Shown here piece after piece: positions 12,571-23,600 of a stretch of DNA of 64,000 nucleotides (position 1 is the first letter of the stretch; each line of letters begins with the position of its first letter). Source of the DNA: Camelus ferus (Eukaryota); NCBI RefSeq assembly GCF_009834535.1, contig NC_045706.1, forward strand, positions 52,452,001 to 52,516,000, given 5' to 3'. Position numbers and translations under genes: made by a program. A model generated the notes under the pieces. It was not told the origin of the DNA, did not search any database, and was given only the letters and a program-made list of their open reading frames with translations.

Positions 12571-13084
12571 GATAATTGATGCTGTGAAGGGCTATGGCAG
12601 CCAATAGAACTCTTCAGAATGTGACGGGATTCTGAGGAACAATCTGTCTCCATGTCTAAGAGCATGCCCTGATGCAGAAGACAGTTCTACAAAAACCATA
12701 CTCAAAATTGATCAATCCTTTTTTATGTTAATGGTTAGATGGCCTAAGGACTTACTATTCCATGTTTGGGGGCAAAGATTTTGTTATGATGTTCCTCTTA
12801 GTGTTAGAAAGAAAATCCTCAGACCCACCTAATCATATTCACCCAATATAGTGATGCTTAGTGTGTCCCAAGTGCTTCCTGCCCTTGGGAATCTGCCTAG
12901 TGCTTCTCCAGTAAGAGAAAGGCTCTCCTCTGTGCTGCAGCTGTCAGGGACTTTAATTGCCTTTAATATGCAAGAGTGGATTCCTAGATACCATACCATA
13001 CATCCCTACAACACATAGGCATAGGTAATTCAACATGAGAAGACTGGGAATGTGTGAACTAAACAGCAGGAGTGACAGTGGATA

Positions 13085-13540
13085 TGATTTCCCTGATGGA
13101 GGGAAAGCACTCAGTCTTTCAGTATAAAATACAATGTTAGCTATCAGTTTTTTTGTAGATGACTGTTATGAGGTTGAGGAACTTCCTGTTTATTCCTATG
13201 TTTTTGGAAGTTTTTACTGTGGATGAAAGAATGTTGAATTTTGTCAGGTTTTTTTTTTTCTGTGTCAGTTGAGATGATTATATTTTTTCAGTCAGTTGAC
13301 ACAATGAGTTATTTATTTTTGAATATTGAACCAACCTTGCATTTCTAGAATAAATCCTACTTGGTCATGATATAATTATACATATATTTATTATAGATTT
13401 TTATATGCATGTTCAGGAGGAATCTTGTTCTATAGTTTTATTTCCTCATATAATGCTGGACTAATAAAATAAATAGGAAAGTGTTCCCATCTTCAATTTT
13501 CTGGGAAAATTTGCATAGAATTGGTATTATTCTTTGTTAA
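13085..13540 (-). mobile_element. L1M ORF2 (RT region) fragment
   Basis: gggaaagcactcagtctttcag...aggttgaggaacttcc...gaaccaaccttgcatttctagaataaatcctacttggtcatg. Confidence 0.85.
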
Positions 13541-14699
13541 AGAGAAAGTTTGGCTCACTTTCTCATTCATATACTCAAATATTCATTCATTTAGCCTATT
13601 TAGCCTAAAATGTCTGTTTTAACCACATTTTAAATCCCAGGACCTGTGATAGGGATTGTAGATTCAATGATGAGTAAGAAAGTACCCCTGGGTATCCTCA
13701 AGTTCAAGTGCAATTACATTGAAGTGGGAATAATAATAATGAAATGATTGGCTATAATGCAGTGAGATATGGGTACTGATTGTGTAATAGTGTACAGGAA
13801 GAACAAAGAAGGAGCCACCAAATCTGCCTGGGGGAAATCTAAGTGTCTAGATCTTTGCCGTGTAAGACCTGAATTCCTGTTTGTTGTTATTGTGGTTGCG
13901 GCTGTTTTTGCTGCCTTTCCATAGCCATGTTGGCCTCCAGGAACACTTCACTATCATCCAGGAGCTTGCAGATTCATCGTTTTAATTAATTAATGGAGGC
14001 TCTTTGGAAGTTAGGGCTCCCTTGTTTTTAATTTTCAGTTAAAGGCACGTATCGTGATTTCCATTTAAAAATAGATGCTGTTTACTTGATTTGTTTGTTA
14101 CTCTTTGGTACTAAAATATAGCCATTAATGGCTCTGTGGAGTTGTCAGTTATTTAAGTATTCAGGCAGATTTAGGTAAAGCCTGGGTAGCTTGGAATTAT
14201 TTTTACGTGACTAAATGTATCATAAAAATTTTTGCTCCAAGAGTATGCTACAAATGCATATGCTCAATTTTGGGAACAAAATACAACTTTAGGTTTCAAA
14301 ACATAAATGCTTAGTATATACTTATTGCTCACTCTCTACTGAGCACCGTGCTAAGCCCTCAAGAGACTGCATTAGACAAATCAGATTTCCTGCTTTGATG
14401 AAACTTGGAATTATTCATTCATTCTTTAACCAGTGAATAGACATGGAAATGCCTGTTCTGTGCCAGGCCCTATTGATACATGCTGTGCTTTGCTATACTG
14501 GTGAAAACATCTATATAATATTGTGCCTAGTACACAGTCATCCCATAACAAATACTTAACTGACTGTAAAATTACCCCTTCTATTCTCTTTAACATATTA
14601 CATTATTCCATGAAGGAAGAGTGTGGAAGGAAGAAAATATTTCAGTTATAGTAGGAGAGATTGCTTCTTGCTCACTAAAATACATATTTTTTTTCCTAC

Positions 14700-15039
14700 T
14701 TATATCATTTCAGCCTCTCTTGCAGTTAGATGAGTGTGTTTTATGAGTGTGTATGTTAAATTAGTGTGTTTTAGCCAAAGCAATGTTAGTGGAAGTGACA
14801 GTGTCATTTTGTAACCACGGCTTTTGAGAAAGGGCTGTGCCTCCTTCACTTTTTTTGCTTTAACTGGACAGATACAGGTGACAGGACTTGGTGGGAGATG
14901 GCAGAACCACAAGAGTCACACGTGGAGGAAGCTTCCTGCACTGGCTTTTTCTGCAAGGAAAACATAAACTTCTATTTTTAGGCTACTGAAATTGTGGGGC
15001 TTGTTTGTTATAGCAGCTTGCATACTCCTTACTAATACA
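14700..15039 (+). mobile_element. MLT1J-like LTR
   Basis: tttcagcctctcttgcagttag...ataaacttctat...ttatagcagc...actaataca. Confidence 0.75.
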
Positions 15040-15129
15040 GCAGTAGGACAGTTATAAGATGTGGCTCATCATTATAAGAATTATGACAAGTCATCAGAGC
15101 ATATCCCAAGATACATTAATATATGGCAG

Positions 15130-15310
15130 TGATAATACATATTCAGTAGCTGCAGTTCCTCATTGTCACCTTACCGGGGGTGAGGGGTGCATAGGCAAGG
15201 ATTAGTATTTCTATATGAAGCATGAAAATTGAGGTTCACATCCCTAAGTCATGTGACCTGCCAAAATTCACAAGCCTGGAATCCAGAGAAATCAGTGCTA
15301 ACACCAAGGT
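15130..15310 (-). mobile_element. MIR
   Basis: catgaaaattgaggttcaca...aagtcatgtgacctgccaaaattcacaagc. Confidence 0.6.
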
Positions 15311-15319
15311 ATTCTGTTT

Positions 15320-15620
15320 TCTTAGTTCTATCCTCTTGCTCTTTCCTACCTTCATTATAGATTTACCACCTTTGTTGTATTTATATCTAAAATTGTTAGC
15401 TATTTTTCAATTTTGTCTATTTGCTTATTGCCTTTCTTCCATCACTAGGTTGTAGTGTTCATGAGGTGAGACCTTACCCACCTCCGTATCACCATCTTTG
15501 GAAACCCTAACTGACACATCATAGGAGCTCAGTAAATTATTGTGTAATGCAAGAAAGCACAATTCAATAATTGATTAAACACATACTTTTACTAATCAGA
15601 TGTGTTGTAATGCAAATTAA
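15320..15620. mobile_element. L2 3' ends (+ copy then - copy)
   Basis: tgtagtgttcatgagg...ctgacacatcataggagctcagtaaattatt, then attcaataattgattaaacac. Confidence 0.55.
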
Positions 15621-16381
15621 ACATGGACCTTGAATATTTTTGTGAAGGAAAGATGAAAGGAAGGAGTGAAATAAGGATGGATTGTGTATTTGGACTGTGT
15701 GAGTGTGTTTGTGTGTACACAAAGAAGAAGAAAATTCAGAGTGATGGGATTGGAGTGAGAGAGACTGATAATTTTTCACTCTTAAATTATTTTGTTTTGA
15801 ACAATAGTGTATGTGGAAAACACATTGGCCTGACAGGCTCTCACGGCTAGCTTCAGATGCTTAAATAGGTCACCTAATGGAATCAGGAAAGAGCAGGCAA
15901 AGAAAGTTAACAGATTTGAAAGTTATTCCTGGGGTCCTTACTGTACATTTATAAACATCATTTTCCTCCAAAATTTTTAGTGTGAAAAAGTTTAAACCTA
16001 CCAAAAAAGTCAAAAGAATAGTACCTTGAACATAGATATATCCTTTACCTAAACTTACTGTTGGTATCTTGTCACATTTGTTTCTCTATATGTATATCTG
16101 AATCTGGACATGTATGCATACATTTTTATGAGACATTAATATAAATTACAGACATCATCATACTCCAGCCCTAAATACTTCAGCATGTATCTTTTAAAAT
16201 AAGAATCTTTTCTTATAAACCAAAAAGTGCTAAAGAAATTAACATTAATTAAAAAACCATTACGTAATACAGGCCATCGTGAAACTTCCTCAGTGTTTCC
16301 AGTGATGTCTCTTAGAACACTTTTTGTGTTCATCTAGTATCCAAAGTTTGCATTTGGCCAAGTCTTTTTTTTAATCTAGTG

Positions 16382-16566
16382 CAGTGGTTCTCGAGGGTGA
16401 CTCCCAGATCACAGCATCAGGCTCACTAGGAAACTTGTCAGAAATGAAAATCCTAGAGCCCCAGCAGACCCCCTGAAATGAGCCACTCTGGCGCTGACCC
16501 AGCCATGTGTGGTGCAGCAAGCACCCCAGGTGATTCTAATGAAGGTGATTCTGAAACTGAACAGTG
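16382..16566. mobile_element. MER5A/MER5A1, full length, degraded 8-bp TSD
   Basis: Termini cagtggttctc...cagtg. Flanks are atctagtg and atctagaa. Confidence 0.85.
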
Positions 16567-17409
16567 ATCTAGAACACACTTCCCACCTTTCCTGCTTTTC
16601 ATGACATTTAGTTTTTTTGTTTTTAAAAAAAAAAAAAAACTGGGTTGATTTCATCGTGGAGTGTCCTGCATTCCAGATTTTTCTGACTGTTCCCTCATAA
16701 TTTGGTTCAGGTTTAACATTTGACGAGTGTAGGTGATGCTGGAAATATTTCGTCATGTTGAGGGGCACATGGTATATAATGATCTCTTTTGTAGTAATTG
16801 TAAGATTGATCATTAGTTAACACAGTTACTGCTATATTGATGTGTTGTGAAAGTATATGTTCCCCTTTATAATTAATAAGCAATCTAAAGAGTGGCAATC
16901 TGAGGCTGTGTGAGTTTCTTTCTCAAAAAAATTTCCCAGTAGTTGTAGCATCCATTGATGAAGCTTGCCTGAATTATTACATTGGAGTATGGTGATTTTT
17001 CTAATTTTGTCATTCTTCCTACCTCAAGTGGCTGATGTTCTTTAAATAAGAGCTTTCTCTCCATTGCATTTATTCGTTTATGTGTTTAAGTATCATTATG
17101 GACTTGGCAAGTTAATTGCCATCATTATTCTCTCTGATATTCAAATAGTGCCAAGTTGGGCCAGAGAGAGCCTCTTCAAGCGACTGGCTGTGTTCTTTCT
17201 CTGCTTTCTGGAGCAAGATGTTCCAGACTCACTTTGTACATTTCCCGCCCACAACCTGAATTAGCCATTTCTTCAAGAAACCTTGGTTATTGGAAAATTT
17301 TTTTTGGAAACCAGTATCCAGATGTTGGATGTCCCGCACACACATGTGCACACACATACATGTATAATTTTTAATAGTAATTTCTTATAGGTCCTTCCAG
17401 TTTAAATTC

Positions 17410-17710
17410 TTGGAGATGTCTTTGTTGTCTTCTTCCTCTTCCTTCCACCTTCAAAGCCAGTGGTGTTGCCTCTCTGTGATCATTCTTCCATGGTCACATT
17501 TCCCTCTGACCACAGCCTTAAAAGTTTCTCCTTCTGAGGGACTCATGTGATTAGATTGAGCCCACCCAGACAGTCCAGAATGTCTCCATCCTGGGTCCGT
17601 ATCCTTAACCACTCCTGGAAAGTCGCTTTTGCCGCATATGGTAGCATATTCACAGGTTCTGGGGATTAGAGTGTGTACATCTTAGGAACCATTATGCTCT
17701 CTCAGCTACA
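17410..17710 (-). mobile_element. MLT1D/E-like LTR fragment
   Basis: ccttcaaagccag...gactcatgtgattagattgagcccaccca...catattcacaggttctggggattag. Confidence 0.8.
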
Positions 17711-19784
17711 TCGTCCCTCATTCTTTGTTTGGTTTCCCTTCTCTCACAGTGAAAACTCTGACTTCCAACAATTTCATATTATTTGCACATTTTCTCTTGT
17801 CCTACAATATACAAAATAATTTGAGAATTACAACAGCAATAACGCTAACAACAATAAGCCTACTAAGTAAAGCTCAAGATTTCTGCGCAGTTTTGTTGTT
17901 GTACTCAGGATACACCGCACTCAGGTGTGCAGGTGAAGTACTGTGTTCCAGAATTACTTTAATTTCTTTTTTTCTGTGTCATTATGTCATCATTTAGTAC
18001 ACAGTTAGGTTCATTTTTTTCTCTGTTTTGTATCTAGTTTTAGAGTTTGCATTTTCCATCTTTTTTGATTTATTTTTTGAACATGTAAACTAGATGGATG
18101 AATATAGAGAGAAAGAGATACAAGAGAAGTCTCAGTCCCAAGTCAGTTCCCTCCACCCTGTTTTCACGCATCCATTGGTCTACAGTTTATCCTTTCTGTG
18201 TTCTTTTTTCAAAACACATACTAAGATGTGTGTTCCTTTTTTTACTCTTATTTTACTTTCTTACCCCAGAATAGCTGAGTTTAAGCACATTTTTACTTAG
18301 CCAAAATCCTACATGTATGCCTGTATCTCTCCAGAAGTATATCCTAGGGGTCCCTCTCCATCAGATGGTCATGGAAATTTTGAATAATTATTAAGTTTTG
18401 AAATATACCTTCTGTGTTGTTCAGCTTGTTAGAACAAATATTATATTTGTGACAACAAAGCTAAAAAGAGAAATACACACAGAGAAAAATGTCCTGTTTT
18501 TAATACTTTCTGCTCACTCACCTCATCACTCCCCAGGGCAGAGCTAATCTTTGTTGTTTGTTTTCATAACATTCTGTATATAACATTATTACAGAGAATC
18601 TTATTGCAGTTATCTTTATCTGACAAGTCATTTCCTTTTCTGGCCTTTTAGTTGCCCACATATAAGAAGAGTCTCTTCCTTTGGTTTTTTTTTTTTTTTT
18701 CTTCATTTTGGGTTTGATTGATCGTGCCTAGCACAGAGTGTTTCCTCACTTACATGTGTTGCCTGAAATTCCGTTACAGATTTTTTTCAGTGGGTCTGTT
18801 TTTCAATGTGTCTCTTTTTTTTTAAATAAAAGATTTTATCTGAAGGGATAACGCTTTATCTCATTGTCAGCCACTATCACCTTAATGTGAATTAGTTGAT
18901 TAGAGAACAAGTTGTTTCTTAGAAAAGGTGTGAAAAAGATGTGAAGGATGGATGCCTGAAAGAAGAGAGTTCTATTTTGATTCTGGAATGAAAACCCTAA
19001 GAAAGGCAAGAGAGTGTACGAGGCTCATGGATATTCTGGGAAGGAAGGAGACAAGCCAAGGAAAGGAAGAGAGTGGTACGGATAAAAGGTCTCTGTCACT
19101 CTGTCAACTATGTGAGCTATGCACAGAGTAGAAGGTCTGCTTAGATGAACATAGGGCTTATATTTATTGGGACAGAAATAGCCTGCAGAGAGCAGTTTCT
19201 CCAGATGCTAAGAAACTGAAGCCCAGAGAGACTGACACGTTGCATGGGACAGTTACTACCACCCAGGAGCCAGACCCTGATCTTTGGACTCCACCATACT
19301 TCCCAGAGTTGATAATGCCCCTCTCTGTCCTTCCAAAAGTGTACTTGGGAAACCAAGCAGGTACTCCCATTTCCCTGAGGATAGGAGGACCTGAGCCATC
19401 TCTCCTCTTAGAGCCCTTGCAAGTTGGGCTGCTAATCTCAGAACTGAAGTCTTCTACATCTCTGTCTTTCCTGGCCTCCTTCAGTCAAGTCAGCTGTATT
19501 TGTGGAGGCGCATTGTTCAGCCTCAGAGCATTGTTTAAATTTAAAATCAATAAAGAAAAGTGAGCCAGTAAGAGGCACTGACTGATTAAGTGCTGTCTAT
19601 ATGAGGAGGTTTATCCTCGGCCACATTTCTGTTGAAATCCCAAGAAACGTGAAGAGGCTGGAGCAAAATGAAAACAGATTAAAAAATATGTCAGATACCA
19701 AAGTGTAGTAAGGCAGCTGCACCTTTGGCAGGTAATTGAGATTTGAGTGACTTTGAGTTCCGATCTGGCATAAGGATGTCAACA

Positions 19785-19985
19785 CAATCACACCAACACA
19801 CATACCATGTGCACACATAACATAACTCATGCACAAGATACACACACATACACAGAAGGGACCCACACAACATGTATAACACAATTCACAGCAAGACACA
19901 CAGCACACCTACAATAGTGCATATACACGTACCACATGCCCATATGTAACACACATGCACACAAAACATGCTGGTGTGTACACAC
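19785..19985. repeat. Degenerate CA-rich low-complexity repeat
   Basis: acacaatcacaccaacacacataccatgtgcacac... Confidence 0.85.
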
Positions 19986-21611
19986 ATGAATTTGTTCTTG
20001 ACTGTTACTCGAAAGATGTAACCCTTCCATCTGCCAACTTAGCCACACATTTTTATTTTGATGGAAAAAAATAGCAGCAGAGAGGGGAGAAAATCTCTTC
20101 ATCAGAAAATTCAGTGGGAAAAAAACTCCCAAAGCATTGTCATGTATTCCTGGTTATTTTTGGTGGTTAAGAGAATTATTTGAAAACAAAGAAGCCTTTC
20201 ACAAAGCCTCTAAAATACAAAAGATTTAATAACATTTACATCTGTGTATCAGCCGTGTCTGTAATGCAAGTCATGAATAACACATAAACCAGAGCACGGA
20301 AGGAACAGAAGTGCTCACACATCATTTAAAATCCAACCCACCCCATCGTCAGTGGAATCAAATACACAGCAGGAGCAGTTCCAGTTGATACATACACAAT
20401 ACAGTCATTGAAAATGAAAACATATTAATTATGTTCCTTAAGGTCAGGAGAGAAACGGCAGGATTCACTAACCTGTTCAACTTCTCTGTTGAAATTCTGT
20501 ACCAGAAAGTACATCATGAGTTGTTTCCTTATTTTGCTTAAGAAATTGTGGAATGAGCGTTTGTGTTTATTTGTCTGGTTTTACTGTTCACTTTAAATCT
20601 GCACCTCCTCGCTGTGCTGGAAATAGAGGAAAGTTGGCTTAAGAAGATGGCTCCTTATTACAAGTGAGTAACTTGCAGAAAAGGAATTCATTGTTGAGCA
20701 GTGGTATCTGACAACAGCAATACCTGCCCAGCTCCAGGTGGTGTGTGTGGAAATCCACACTGCTGGGAGAATAGCTGTTACCAAAACCTACAGTTCGTGT
20801 AGCAACATGTTTGAAACACAGGGAAATCCTCTCTGACTGTGATTCGAGTCACGCTCTGACGCCCGCGTTTGGAATTGTACCTTTCTGGATCAGTTCACCT
20901 GGTTCCTGTGAATTTCCAGGAATCTCCTAGGCTCTCTGTAAGCTCCCTGGGGGCCGCCACGGTAGAGAAGGACTAGTGAAGGGACGTGGTTTTTGTGTGG
21001 GAGTTCACACTTGACGTTTGTTCATGTTTCTTCTGTAAGTGTTGTCGCCTTTGTACTTCCAGGAGTCAAGAGGACATTCAAATAACATATTCAATAGAAA
21101 CTTTTGTTTTGCTGGCTTTTGCTTTGACGTCTGCGTGTTTAATTAACCTTTCCTCTTCCTGCTATCATTTCCCCTTCTGCCCCCCTCTTCTGTTGCTGCA
21201 GCCCATCGCGTAGGGGCCCCGAACAGTTTAAAATGAGCTCTGTCAACGTCAGGGACCCCCTTCCTGTTCTACTTTGTATCTCACTTCCGTATGAAATTTC
21301 AGGCACCTCATGGTCCTCCCTGCAGCAAAAGGTTAATAGTCCTCTCTCTTTTATGTACTCTAAATGCTCACTTCCTAAGGCCAGTGCTTCAGGGCAAGCT
21401 CCGTGTAATTGCTAAATAATAAAGTCATTCTCATCTTAAATGAGTAATACTTCCGTTGTTCCCGATGTTTCTGCGCACGTGCGTGGACATGCGTGTGTGT
21501 GGATAGGCAGGCTTGGGGGAGACCTCCACTTGGGGGAAGCCGCAGCCATCCCCTAGGACTTTGCCCATTTAAGCATTTGGGTTTTAAATGTTGTGCCACA
21601 TCCTGGGCCTC

Positions 21612-22358
21612 NNNNNNNNNNNNNNNNNNNNNNNNNNNNNNNNNNNNNNNNNNNNNNNNNNNNNNNNNNNNNNNNNNNNNNNNNNNNNNNNNNNNNNNNN
21701 NNNNNNNNNNNNNNNNNNNNNNNNNNNNNNNNNNNNNNNNNNNNNNNNNNNNNNNNNNNAGGGGAGGGGGGCTATCTTNNNNNNNNNNNNNNNNNNNNNN
21801 NNNNNNNNNNNNNNNNNNNNNNNNNNNNNNNNNNNNNNNNNNNNNNNNNNNNNNNNNNNNNNNNNNNNNNNNNNNNNNNNNNNNNNNNNNNNNNNNNNNN
21901 NNNNNNNNNNNNNNNNNNCTGCNNNNNNNNNNNNNNNNNNNNNNNNNNNNNNNNNNNNNNNNNNNNNNNNNNNNNNNNNNNNNNNNNNNNNNNNNNNNNN
22001 NNNNNNNNNNNNNNNNNNNNNNNNNNNNNNNNNNNNNNNNNNNNNNNNNNNNNNNNNNNNNNNNNNNNNNNNNNNNNNNNNNNNNNNNNNNNNNNNNNNN
22101 NNNNNNNNNNNNNNNNNNNNNNNNNNNNNNNNNNNNNNNNNNGGGANNNNNNNNNNNNNNNNNNNNNNNNNNNNNNNNNNNNNNNNNNNNNNNNNNNNNN
22201 NNNNNNNNNNNNNNNNNNNNNNNNNNNNNNNNNNNNNNNNNNNNNNNNNNNNNNNNNNNNNNNNNNNNNNNNNNNNNNNNNNNNNNNNNNNNNNNNNNNN
22301 NNNNNNNNNNNNNNNNNNNNNNNNNNNNNNNNNNNNNNNNNNNNNNNNNNNNNNNNNN
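21612..22358. other. N-masked blocks (148, 140, 220 and 212 bp) with 4-19 bp unmasked islands
   Basis: Read directly. Confidence 0.95.
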
Positions 22359-23460
22359 CAGGCTCCAGCCTATACTTAACCCTCTAGGTGAACAGGAACA
22401 GTGAGGCTGGCGTGCCTGAGACGGGAAGAGCGTCTTAGGGTGTTAGAAAGTGGACTTGACTCTCAGGGACATCCTCACCCTCAGCAACACGCTCTTTCCT
22501 CCACCGTAGTGCTTATTTTCTCCCAAATACCAAGTCTTTCAAAAGCCCAAGGCCAGGCAGCCTTTTGTTGAAACCTGGAGTAGGTTGAAATGGAAACTTT
22601 GGATGCTCAGGGAGGTTTATTAACCAGCTTCCAGGGGTTTGTAGTGAAGACATGGCACTCAGAATTGATGTTGTACATGAGGCTACATGAGGCAAAACCT
22701 TGTATAAACTTGCTCTCATGATTGGAGGATTTGGTTTTTATTGGTGCGTGTGTATGTGTGTGTGTAGGGGAGATTTGCAGGCAGAGAGATAAGGGATTTC
22801 TTGGTAAGAAACATTTATTGAAAGCTGTCATGGTTACTGCCGTCCAAAGCCATCCTCATGGTACCGAAAATCAGGTTGATTGATCAGTTGCATGACTGAT
22901 TGATCCATTGGACTCCTGCCCTGTTTCCCTCTCCCAAATCCACACCACTTCATCCATAGCTGCCCAATCCCAGACAGAGATTGAGAGGGCGGGCCTTATG
23001 GGGGAAGCAGTTGGCTTGGCCAGCTGCAGAAAGATGGACGCTCTTAAATGTGCAGTACTTGTAGAGAGCCCCCATCTTCTAGAATGATGGCTTCCTCTCC
23101 CCGTCTCCCCACCCCCATTTCTATACTTATTACTCATGGAGACTTTTGACTTCTTTTGTCCTCTTCTTTCCATCCCCCATATTCATTTAAACCAAATTTT
23201 AATTGTATAACCTTGTTGGAAGCGTACCAAGAATTACATCATCTTCTTGGAGTCCTGAGCACCCTCAGGAGAGGTCACATGGGCTTCAGGGCAGAAGAGA
23301 AACAGCTTGGGAATCTCCCAGAGCCACAGTGTCCCCTGTAGCTAGAATTCACACCATGGTCCAAAGCACAGTTTCTCCTCAGTCAGCCACACCTCCCCCT
23401 CCATTCAGAGTCTTTCTTCTGCAGAACTAACAACTGGCACTTGGGGAGTCTAATATCCAC

Positions 23461-23600
23461 NNNNNNNNNNNNNNNNNNNNNNNNNNNNNNNNNNNNNNNN
23501 NNNNNNNNNNNNNNNNNNNNNNNNNNNNNNNNNNNNNNNNNNNNNNNNNNNNNNNNNNNNNNNNNNNNNNNNNNNNNNNNNNNNNNNNNNNNNNNNNNNN
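23461..23600. other. N-masked block (140 bp)
   Basis: Read directly. Confidence 0.95.

Larger units (their letters stand above)
15960..18360 (-). mobile_element. L1MC4-like 3' region, interrupted by MER5A and MLT1
   Basis: gccctaaatacttcagcatgtatc..., gcatccattgatg...cttgcctgaa, ccaagttgggccagagagagcctcttcaag, taagcctactaagtaaagctcaagatt. Confidence 0.75.

Noticed and set aside
21493-22404. Long ORFs of 303, 263 and 264 aa
   Set aside because: Artefacts of N-runs, which contain no stop codons. The same applies to ORFs at 4979-5734, 23441, 37596, 40302 and 49609-51146.
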